A DNA stretch of 64,000 nt from Chlorokybus atmophyticus (lineage: Eukaryota > Plantae > Mesostigma and Chlorokybus algae), in assembly GCA_009103225.1 (NCBI GenBank), contig RHPI01002910.1, forward strand, positions 364,678 through 428,677, given 5' to 3'. Each line of letters begins with the position of its first letter. The first letter of the stretch is position 1. A model generated the notes under the pieces. That model did no database searches. It was not told where the DNA came from and saw nothing but the letters and a program-made list of their open reading frames with translations. Below, one piece after another: positions 52,906-62,985 of the stretch. A program made the translations under genes and the position numbers.

Positions 52906-53455
52906 TGCTGCTTAAGAGTCTATCTAGGTCCAAAGTTGTAGTCTAATAAGACTGCTATGATGGGACGCTAATTACATTTTAGAGTTGAACTCTGCCTTGG
53001 CTCTCGTTGAGATTGTGTGCTTGTGTCACACCAGTGGTCTAGAAGGGGCCAACTTTCTCGTTGCTGCTTACAGCCAGGCACCACTCCCGCGCTACCAGCA
53101 TCAGCAGACACTACACTGGGCTATGCCTACAGCCAGGCATCGACCCCGGCTATCAGCATGGGTCCCGCGCGACACTGAGCAGGTGTGAGACAGTTCTCGT
53201 AGGTACCTAGGACAAGTCATAGCTGTGCTATGATCCGTTGTGAGTTCACTTTGGCCCTATCTAGGTCATTTCATAAACTAGTCATTGTTCTAGAGCTGCG
53301 CAGCTATCATTGAAATATAAAGGCATAAGATTTTCTTCACACGTTAATGGTACTTTAAGTGAGAACTGGGAATTTAGTATTGAGACATACGTAAGCTGAT
53401 CTTCGGAGTGCTCTGAACCGAGTCTTAAAGCTTGTGGCTTGATGTGACTGCAGCA
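52906..53455 (-). mobile_element. Candidate LTR (about 550 bp)
   Basis: Termini TGCTGC...GCAGCA form a 6-bp inverted pair. On the minus strand it is preceded by purine-rich GGGGCGGTGAGG (PPT-like). The partner LTR is not in the window. Confidence 0.45.
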
Positions 53456-53733
53456 CCTCACCGCCCCGGTTACCAAGACACATCTACACGTGAGAGAGCA
53501 GCGTATTCATACGATCATTGTTAATCACTTAATGTGACTGTGGCTGCGTGGGCGCATGTTGTGCAGTCCGCATTTGATTGTGTGATATCCACGTGTTGCC
53601 GCATTCATACACCTCACTTAACAGTGGAACTAATTTTGACCTCATGCAAGGAATTATAAAAGCAGCACTACCTCTAGTAGTGGCTTGTTAACTTACAGTA
53701 CCATCCTTCTTGTACAAGCGAGTGTCGTGCATC

Positions 53734-54844
53734 TGTCGTGCCTGCCATGGTCGAGGGTCACGCCGTCTCGAACACACTACAGACAATCGCTCATGTCGTG
53801 GGCATGCTGGGCATGGTGCTGCGAGCAGCATTTAAGCAGCACAAACAAAGACAACCCCCCAGACATAGGCATAAGCTCGGGGATGAACCGATGTGAGGAT
53901 CTGATGAGTAGTAGAGCTGGTGACGCTCTCCCCCTTACTGTACCTATTGTGCGGTAGTACACACAGTAAACAAGCCACAACGATATGTAGTGCTGTATAC
54001 ACAGTTCTTTGCATGAGTGGTTGATGTATTACACTGTTAAGTGAGGTGAATGAAACAAGCAACTCAGAGAGAGTGCTATGTCTTGACTAGTGCAGCAAAC
54101 ACACCACCGCCAAGCTCACAGCAATGACAAGCACAGCGCACAAGAGCATACACCGTATCTCACGTGGTAAGGCTGTCCTTGGCAATCAGGACGGTGTGCT
54201 TCCAGTTCAAGTCGTTTCACAAGCTCTTAAAGTCAGAGTCTCTACTCTTAGTACTCGCTCATAGTGTCACCAGCGAGTTTAGTGACATGACTTCCTACTT
54301 ATACATGTAAAATCATGGCTGTGCAGTGCTACGCGAGTACTAGGCCAACGGTCACATCGAGGCCCTATGCTATTACGGAAATATCCTAAGACTTGATATA
54401 GCACATGAGCTGATAATAGATTCCTAACTGATCAGCTACGCGCGGTTCCTACAGAGAGGTCTATGAAGTAGCCCTAGCTACATGCTACATGGAGTACGAA
54501 GTAGCTAGCAGTAGAATGGGGCGCGCGCGGTCTTCATGCTGATAGCTCGGGCTTGTGGCTGGATGTAGGCATGCTCGAGGAGGACTGGCATGCGAGGGTA
54601 GTTGGCATGACAGCTGTCGTGCCTGCTATCGTTGAGGGTCACCCCGTCTCAAACACACTACAAACGAGCGCTCATGCCGGTGGCATGCTGGTGCTGCGCG
54701 CAGCATTAGAGCAATACAATCAGAAACAACCCCCCAGACATAGGCATAGGCTTGGGGATGAACCTATGTGAGGATCTGATTAGTAGTAGAGCTGGTGACG
54801 CTCTCCCCCTTACTGTGCGGTAGTACACACAGTCAACAAGCCAC
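53734..54844. repeat. Two diverged direct repeats of about 240 bp (53734-53978 and 54615-54844) in the 3' region of the Gypsy element
   Basis: Both run TGTCGTGCCTGC...ACAACCCCCCAGACATAGGCATA...GAGCTGGTGACGCTCTCCCCCTTACTGT...AACAAGCCAC. Confidence 0.85.
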
Positions 54845-54920
54845 CCCCCATTGAAGTTCTGGGGTAGCCTTCTGCTCCAGAACTCAGCTTTTACCAACTG
54901 TGTTGGGGATCGTCGATGCG

Positions 54921-55055
54921 GCAGTCATCGCACCAATATTCCCACAGCGGCACCTTGTCAAATGGAGGGTCAATGCAGTAACAGTGCATGCCTTGGTTGC
55001 AGCCTTCGCATAACAGCATCACCGGGTTGTTGTCGGCACTGCCACATCTCTCGCA
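54921..55055 (-). pseudogene. PHD finger at the C-terminus of the Gypsy integrase
   Basis: CERCGSADNNPVMLLCEGCNQGMHCYCIDPPFDKVPLWEYWCDDC (C4HC3), following NCAPCHLP with a frameshift. Confidence 0.85.
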
Positions 55056-55726
55056 GCAATCGCGGGTGCTGGATCTTGCAAAAGCCAGCGACGTGGGGAA
55101 GATGACAGGGCGCGCAGTTCACCATGTTGTCCTTCATGCGTTTGCCTTGTTGTCCCAGCAGGTCCAGTACCCCTGTGGGATACACCTTCAATACCTTATG
55201 GACAACGCACCCGACGGAGGTGTCGAGGGTGTCGTATGTGGCTGCCATGTGGTAGACGAAGTCTTCTGGCCATGGTCACAAGGTACGCGACTTTTAGACC
55301 AATAGTACGCGTTTGGACGCGTACAGAGACCCCGCGTACCTAATACGCAGTCTGTACGCAGTCTGTACGCCAGTGTAACTGGGTTACGCTCCAGTTACGC
55401 TGAGATACAGCTTAGCACTGTATCTCAACCGTAACTGGTCAGTCTAGTGTAACTAGGCGGCGGTGCAGGCAACATAGTTGGCGGCAGCGGCGGCGTTAGC
55501 GGCGGCAGGCAGGTGGGAACGGCGCTCCTTTAGCTGCAAGCTTCATCTCTCAAGCTACTGTAGCTGCGCCTGATAGCCATTAGCTACAAGGTGTGTGCGT
55601 GGGTATGCACTGGTTGCCTGCATGCTTGGCTATGCGCCCATCATACATCATGCAGCCTGCAAGTCATACCATCAACGTGCTATATGTGATTTGCATGTGT
55701 TCATAATAGTGTTTGTTTATGTTAGA

Positions 55727-58245
55727 ATGACGCAAAGTGCGCTGTGGAAGCACGTCGACATAATAGAGAGAAAGCCTCATGGCAACTTTCGTGTGAGGTG
55801 TGTTTATTGCGAGCACGAGTGGACAGGAAGTGTTTCACGTATTGGTGCCCATCTGAGTGGTGAACGTGGAGTCACCAAGTGCACAACCCCTCCCGAGGAG
55901 ATCGTCTTGCAACTTACACAAGCCAAGAAAGACAAGGAGAAAGAGGGTGAGAAGAGGAGGAGGTTGGACTTGCTAGATCAACTCACATCCGCCATTGGGG
56001 ATGCTGGTGCAGGTACTTGAATGCATGCGTGCATGCATTGAAGCTTGGCAAGCAGTGGTGCTGCTCATCACGCATCAAATCAATCACATTGTGCTATAGA
56101 TTCAAGCGCCACCGTTCCTTCTAGTCAACAACAAACTCTTGATGCAACTTTCAAGCGTGGGGATAAAGCGCATGTGGATGAAGCCATTGCTCGGTTTTTC
56201 TTCAGCAATGGCATCCCCTTCAACGTGGCAAGGTCCCCTTACTTTATCGCAGCAATGAAAGCGGTTGGCAAGTTTGGCGCTTCATATACCCCTCCCTCAT
56301 CCGAGGCGCTTCGCACAACCTTGTTGGAAAAGGAGTATGCTAGGGTGAATGGCGAACTTGCAGTCATCAAGGACTCAACACGAGAAACCTCATGCACAAT
56401 TGCTAGCGATGGATGGTCGGACACGTCCAACCGTCCATTGTTGAATGTGCTCATGGTGAGTCCTAAAGGAGAAGTTTTTCTTCAAGCAATCAACACGGAA
56501 GGGAAGGAGAAGACGGCGGAGTATGTATCCGAGCAGCTGATCTCCACCATTGATGAAGTAAGTGGTGCACTCGTTCATTGCCATTATAGATTGTGTACAC
56601 AACCATGCTAAGTAACACATGCAAGCACTGACTGGCAGCACTTTATGAGCACATGCATCACACGCGCATGCTCATGCTCGCACCCGACACAAGTACGCAT
56701 GCGTGTGACACATGCATGCACTGACTGGCAGCACTTTGTGAGCACATGCATTACACGCGCATGCTCATGCTCGCACACAACACAAGTACTTATGCGTGTG
56801 ACACATGCACGCACTGACTGGCAGCACTTTGTGAGCACATGCATCACACACGCATGCTCATACACGCACACAACACAAGTACTTATGTGTGTAACTTGCA
56901 GGTGGGGTCCGCGAATGTGATACAAGTTGTCATGGACAATGCAAGCGTGTGCGTAGCTGCTGCACGTCTGATCACTAGCGAATACCCGCACATCACATGG
57001 ACGCCGTGCACCGCGCATTGCTTGGACTTATTGCTTGAGGATATAGGCAAGTTGGAGTGGGTTAAAAGCGTGGTGGCTGATGGCAAACGCATAGTGAAGT
57101 TCATTACCAACCACCATCGTTCCTTGGCCATCTTCCGCTCCAAAGCCAAGCTAGAGCTGCTCAAGCCAGGTGAAATAGCATGCGTGCATGTGTGTAGTTA
57201 GAGATCAACTTAGTACAAGCGCAAGATTAATGGTAGACAGCAACCATGTGAAATTGCAGCTGATTGCCCGCGCATGCATGCATGCTCATGTCATGCGCGT
57301 GCTTGTTTGCTCATAGCTACTTGTTGTGCAGGAGATACTCGCTTCGCAACGTCATTCATAACTCTTGCAAGGCTAGTCGAGGTCAAAGACGCTCTCGACG
57401 AGGTGGTGGTGAGCAGGGACTGGAAGGCTTGGGCCGACAAGGGTGTGCATAAGCAAGAAGCTGCTGCAGTCAGAGCGTTGATCTTGGCACCAGATTTCTG
57501 GTCACAAGTGGCATTAGTGAATGCGGTGTCGGCCCCCATCGTGGATCTGCTGCGTTTGGTTGATGGGAACTTGCCCACCATAGGCAAAGTGTACGCCAAG
57601 ATGTTTCGTGTTGGCGACCAGCTCAAGCATCTGAAGGGCATGACTGAACAACAACGACTTGATGTGCGCGCCTGTTGGAGGGACAGGTGGATCATGCTGC
57701 ATAGTGACATGCATGCAGCAGGCTATGTGCTGGATCCCGAATATTGGGGTCATGAGCAGCACACCAATGAGGAAGTTATGGAAGGCTTTGCAACGATGGT
57801 GGAGAGGGTCCTGCAGTCCCATGACAAGGTTGACTTGGCGTTGCAACAGCTACACATGTACCGAAGTAAGATGGGGCTGTTCGGCAAAGAGGCAGTGCAA
57901 CGAGCGGCTCTCACAATGCCCGCGCATGCTTGGTGGCACATGTATGGTGGTAGTGTACCCGAGTTGCAGCAGCTAGCGATGCGCGTGTTGGCTCAACCAT
58001 CATCAGCTTGTAGCTGTGAGAGATCCTGGAGCACGTACGACTTCATCCACTCAAAGAGAAGGAATCGGCTGCAAGCACGCAGGGCAGAGAAGTTGGTGTT
58101 TGTCTTCACCAACTTGAGGCAGCTGAAGAAGATCCACAACCCACATTATGTGCAGGAGTTTGTTGAGTGGGAGGCAGACTCTGATGTGGACGTGTTGTCT
58201 AGTAATGATGATGAGGGGGGCGAGTCTGATGATTACTCGGTGTAA
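55727..58245 (+). CDS. hAT transposase (BED finger, DUF659-type DDE core, dimerisation domain), 4 exons, no visible lesion
   Basis: WKH...CVYC...RIGAHL; DGWSD; VMDNA; PCTAHCLDLL; DTRFAT; SSACSCERSWS.Y..IHSKRRNRL. Introns 56013-56099, 56558-56901 and 57170-57331 splice in phase. Confidence 0.92.
56625..56890. repeat. 93-bp tandem repeat, about 3 copies, in transposase intron 2
   Basis: GCACTGACTGGCAGCACTTT starts at 56625, 56718 and 56811. Confidence 0.92.
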
Positions 58246-58491
58246 CTAGGCAGACACATGTGATGGGCTATGTCTGCACACATGCTTCGCTGTAACATAG
58301 TGTTCTCTGCTCATTGTTTACTGTTGTGCACATGTACGCAAGTAGCATGCTTGATGCTCGTGAAGCAACACGACAAAACTGCCACTGTAGCGTACTGCCA
58401 CGTACTGGCATAAATGGGTACATGTATGTACGCGTACACCACCGCTCACGTACTAAACGCGTACTGTGTACCATGTGACCATGCTTCTGGC

Positions 58492-61100
58492 TAGAAGCGG
58501 CGTTCTCGCTCCTTGTCGAACCGCTGCGCTCGTAGCGAAGCGTGTCGCGGTGCTGAACAATGCGCGTGTTGTTTAATGCCATGGGGACAATGTGTTCGAA
58601 CAGCGCGCTGCGCACTGTTAGATCATACAGCATCGTCGGGGTTGTTAAGATTGTCCACCACTCTGTCGACCTCCTGCTGTGCGCAGAATGGGAGCAATGG
58701 CTGCCTTCCAAACAGAAAATAGTACGGGCTGTACTCCCGCAGTGCTGCCTGCTCGGATAGCCGGTACCCAAGTGCTACCCATGGAAGGTGGTCATCCCAT
58801 GTGGTTTTCTCGTAGTCGAGGACGCACTTGCGCAAAGCCTTCTTGATGGTCTGCATAGTTCGCTCAGCGAGACCATTGGCTTGTGGATGGTCGCGTGAAG
58901 TGCGGCGATAATCGATAAAGCATCTATCCATGAGTTTGTCGAGGGCTACTCTAAACTCCGTACCTTGGTCGGTGATGACTTCAGCACAGCTGCCGAAGCG
59001 TCCGAGTACGTGGAGAGGAAAGCCGAGGCTACTCCCTCGCTGCTCTTGTCGGGTAGGGGCACCAGCTCCACCCACTTGAAGAAGTGCTCGATCATGACGA
59101 GGGTGTAGTGGTTGCCTTGTGCTGAGGGCGATAAGTGCCCGAGGATGCCCAGTCCCAGCGGTAGAACAGTTCCGAAGGGGAGGGGATGCAAGGTGGCGTT
59201 GCGCGTGTTCAGGCTCGCGCGGACCATGTCGCACTGCTGGCAGTTGCTGACAAACTCGCGCACCTGTTTGTGCACCTCATACCACCAGATTCGAGTCCTG
59301 ACAAGGCTGGCCGTACGCTTAACACTGAAGTGTGCGAGCTCTGTGTGAAGGGCAGCAATAATGCCTTCTCGCGCAGTTGGTGTTGGGACCTCCTTGTCCT
59401 CATTCTGTATCCGTCGATGCAGCTTGTGGTCGGCCCAGCGATAGCGCTGAGAGCGTTAACCAACGCGGTCCTTCTCGTGCGCGCTCGTGCCCGCTTAAAA
59501 TTGACCAGGCCGGAGCAGTGCGAGGGATAACTTGTCCAGCCACATGTCATGTCGCGTGTCGGTGGGTGCCAACTTCTCATCGTCCACCTCATGGCCGGCG
59601 GCGAGCGCTTCTTCTGATAAGGGATCGGTAATAATGACAGTGACGATGGGCCCGAGAGAAGGCACGTCCTCGTTTGCTGTTGCCTCAATGGTTTGGGTCT
59701 TGCGTCTTAAACGTAGCGCAGCGACAGCGAACATGGTCGCTACACGTGAAGGTGCGGCTGCAGGACCCAACTCGTGTCGGGCTCCTGTCGCATCGTTGGT
59801 GCTGCGGTGGGGGTTGCGATTAAGGCCGTCTGCGTTGTGGTTGGACAGGCCTGCCCAATGCTCCACCTCAAAGTTATACTCCTGCAGTAGTAGCACCCAC
59901 CGTGCTAGCTTGCCTATCAAATGCTGGTTGGTCATCAGCCACATCAGTGGTTGGTGGTCGGTGATCAGTTAGACCTGCCGTCCAAACAGAAAGGGGCGGA
60001 AGAACGAGATGGCCCATACTGCGGCGAAACACTCCCCCTTGCAGCTGCTGTAGTTGGCCTCAGCACTGTTGTTGCTGCAGCTGGCATACGATACTACGCG
60101 CTCCGTTTTGTTGTCATTATGCTGCACAAGCACAGCGCCCATGCCGAGCTTGCTTCAATTTATGTGCAGCTAGAATGAATTGTTGTAGTAAGGTCGCTAA
60201 AGAGTGGGAGCTGTGGTGAGTCAGAGCGTCAATTCCTTAAAGGCCTCTTGTTGTGCCTCCTTCCACAGGAACTTCGTGTCCTTCCTTAGCAGCTCGTTGA
60301 GTGGCCGCGATCTTCGCAAAGTCCTTGAAGAAGCGTCTGCAGTAGTTGGTAAAGCCGAGGAAAGCACGCAGTCGCGTGAGATCCGTGGGGGCAGGTATGG
60401 CCACCAGTGCCTCCACCTTAACCTGATGTACATACACACCGTGGGGCACAATCGTGTGCCCTAGGTACGGTACCTTGTGGGTAAAGAAGGCGCACTTGTC
60501 GGGGTGCACCGTCATCCCTACTTCCTTCAGTCTGTGTAGCACCTCCCCGATGTGCCTGAGATGCTCCTCATTGCTGCGACTGAAGATGAGGATGTCGTCG
60601 ATGTAGCAACGTGCAAAGTCCAATCCCTTGAGGGCTTTGTCCATGACGCGCTGAAACTTGGCAGGAGCATTCTTTAGTCCGAAGGGCATGACCTTCCACT
60701 GGTACAGCTGCCGGTTGTCTCAAAAAGAGGTCTTGTGCTTATCCTCCTCCTTGATGGCAATCTGGTTGTACCCTTAGCGCATGTCCAGGATATGAAGATT
60801 GTACAGTCTCCTACATCATTAAAGATACCTTCTGCAGTAGGCATCGGATACCTGTCTTGCTTAATCTTGGTGTTGAGGGGGCGGTAGTCACCGCACATAC
60901 GCCGGTATGTCCAATTGCCTGCTGAATCCTTCTTCAAGGCATGACGATTGCGGCCGCAAAGTCCAATGTGAACTCTTCAATTAGGCCTGCAGCTAACAGA
61001 GCCTTGCACCTCTGCTCCACCAAGTCTTCTTCCAACTTGGAGACTCGGTACTGTTGTCGGAACACCGGTTCGGCGTTCATCAACTCGATGTCCATCTGGT
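58492..61100 (-). pseudogene. Gypsy pol RT-RNase H-integrase, with frameshifts and stops
   Basis: ORF fragments 60674-60937, 60237-60689, 59495-59944, 58946-59275 and 58623-59234 carry consecutive pol motifs in shifting frames. Confidence 0.9.
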
Positions 61101-61399
61101 AAACTGAGCAGATGCTCAGTTCCTTCACGCTAAAGCCGGACTGACTCCTCCGCTTGTTGAGGAGAGCCCCGAGTTGTTCCCGCGTCTGGCCTGTAGCCAT
61201 TGGTCCAATGGCATGGGACCAAGAGGTAGCATTGGCGACTACTGAAATGTCCTCCACAATGACTGCTGCCTGCTCCTTTATGCGGGTGGTTTCGAAGGCG
61301 GTGTGTGCCGCATCGGTCTCTCGAACGCGATCAACCCACCCCCCCGCCCAGTGTTCGAGCTCCTGAAAGGACACGTAACGGTCCTGGAGAGCAAAGCAT

Positions 61400-62370
61400 T
61401 TCTCCAACAACCACACTATGCTGTTCTGGTCCATTGCGCGTCCCAACAACTGACATTGCTGACTGTCGGTCAGCATAGAACCTGTGATACTACCTGAAGA
61501 GAATCCCATGGCGCGTTCGCGCTCACGGGCGCTGGGTTCCTCCAGTCGGCCTGTCTTGGAATCCAACACCATGCCTTCGCCTTGGTTGCGGAAGGCGTAT
61601 AATCTTGGGTAAGACACGAGAGTGGGGAGCGCACGACGTGGTTGACCAGGCTGGTTGCATTTGTAGAAGTGCTGGTGACCGTGTCACGTGACCGGTTGTG
61701 CTGCGCGCCCAGGGTCTAGGATAGCGTTGACGGTGAGGTCGCGCGGACAACTGCAGTGCAGATTTTCAGCAGCAAAGAGATCTTCGACTGTAGCCAGGTT
61801 GGTCCACTTGGCGCGGACGCGATAAGCACGACATCCATGACGCGCTGCATTGATTATAAGAGGATGCCCCATCAAGGAATACACCTGTCAAATGATGCTG
61901 GCCATGTGATGACGTTTATCGTCCGCAGAGTGCACGATTGTTATGATGTACCCCAGAGGCCCGGACAGCTGATTGCTCTGCAGGAGTTTAGTGACGTGCA
62001 TCAGTTCCCAAAACAGTCGCGAGCAACCAGAGAGTCCTTGGCCTCTGCCTGCTCTGGAGTGTCCTTGACACTCCCATCTTGCTATCAGCAGGTCGATGTT
62101 GCCCACTGCCAGGAGGTTATCCGCAGTGATTAATTGGATATCCTGTGGCAGTGCCTTCAGACTGCCTTGCAGTGCCGATAGTGGCAGCTGCTGCGGGTAG
62201 CATTTGTGTACGTGGCGAAAGTGGTGGCTAAGGGCAATCTGTGCGTTTGGACTAAGGTCACAGTAAAAGTACTTGGTGACCGTCGCGCCGGTGTTGAGGA
62301 TAGCGGTGAGGCCACTACCTATACCTCCAAACAGTTCCAACACGGTGATGCCTTGTTGTCGGCAAAACAC
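61400..62370 (-). pseudogene. C5-cytosine DNA methyltransferase domain embedded in the Gypsy polyprotein
   Basis: Motif I VLELFGGIGSG; DI; motif IV DLLIARWECQGHSRAG (catalytic Cys); LFWEL; motif VIII AYRVRAKWTNL; motif IX EEPSARERERAMGF; motif X LLGRAMD. One frame with two TGA stops; the ENV position reads TIV. Confidence 0.85.
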
Positions 62371-62985
62371 ATGAAACTCGCGACGAGGCCACTTGAGTAG
62401 TCTCCACTACACAAGTGGCCACCTGATGTTGCTCCTAGATTGCAGCTTGGTTCTTGTAGAGAGGGAACCATGCAGTCAGCCGTGGTCTGGTCAGCAGTAG
62501 ATGTGTGACCACTTGTGCGCGGCAGCGCTGTTCAGATGGTTTCTGTTGGGCCACTTCTTTAGTGGTTCATTCTTCTGGGACTCCTCGTATGGGATAGGAG
62601 AGTTTTGGTCAGAGTTGTGGGTGACTACCGTTGCTGACCTGTCAGTGGTTGTCGAAACCGACCTGTAAGTGGCTGTTGCAGCTGACCTTTGGTGAGAGCA
62701 AGTGTGAGCCACCAGCTCGAGAGGCAGGTATCCTTGAACCTCTCCATCCTCCTCATCCCGATGGGGACGAAGTCATGCCTATTCTGTCCAGCAGTCCAGC
62801 CCCATGCCAACAGGAGAGGTAGAATCCTGTCCCAGCAACAGGTCGAGGGATCCGTATCGGTGACAGCACACTTCTGTATGACCTCAGTGATGTGGGAAGG
62901 GTCCAACCCTGTCAAGCGAATGCAGAGGGCCTGCTTGATGATGCCCATCATCTTGTCATGGCTGCCGGTTGCTGTGTCGAGCACG

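Larger units (their letters stand above)
55271..58483 (+). mobile_element. Full-length hAT DNA transposon (3213 bp)
   Basis: TIR CATGGTCACA(A/T)GGTAC, 15 of 16 matching; perfect 8-bp TSD CTTCTGGC at 55263-55270 and 58484-58491; multiple subterminal GTACGC/GTTACGC repeats. Confidence 0.95.
53456..62985 (-). mobile_element. Degenerate Ty3/Gypsy LTR retrotransposon encoding protease-DNMT-RT-RNaseH-integrase-PHD; interrupted by hAT and cut at its 5' side by Copia; 3' boundary uncertain
   Basis: Protease tail DLLLGQD..VGMGLDCW; RT RRMCGDYRPLN, PFGLKNAPAKFQRVMD, CYIDDILIFS; RNase H LITDHQPL.WL...GKLARW; integrase HTEL.H...CQQC, VITDQGTEF, HPQANGLAER. RT-RH-INT order is Gypsy. Confidence 0.9.

Noticed and set aside
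53901-53940. CTGATGA followed by an AGAGC/GCTCT stem, suggesting a hammerhead ribozyme
   Set aside because: No GAAA core follows stem II, and the second repeat copy reads CTGATTA.
56625-56890. CRISPR-like array
   Set aside because: Head-to-tail 93-bp units with no unique spacers, in a eukaryotic intron, with no cas genes.
53456-62985. DIRS/tyrosine-recombinase element, suggested by the DNMT and inverted motifs
   Set aside because: It has an HHCC plus DDE-type (rve) integrase after RNase H and no tyrosine recombinase, so it is Gypsy.
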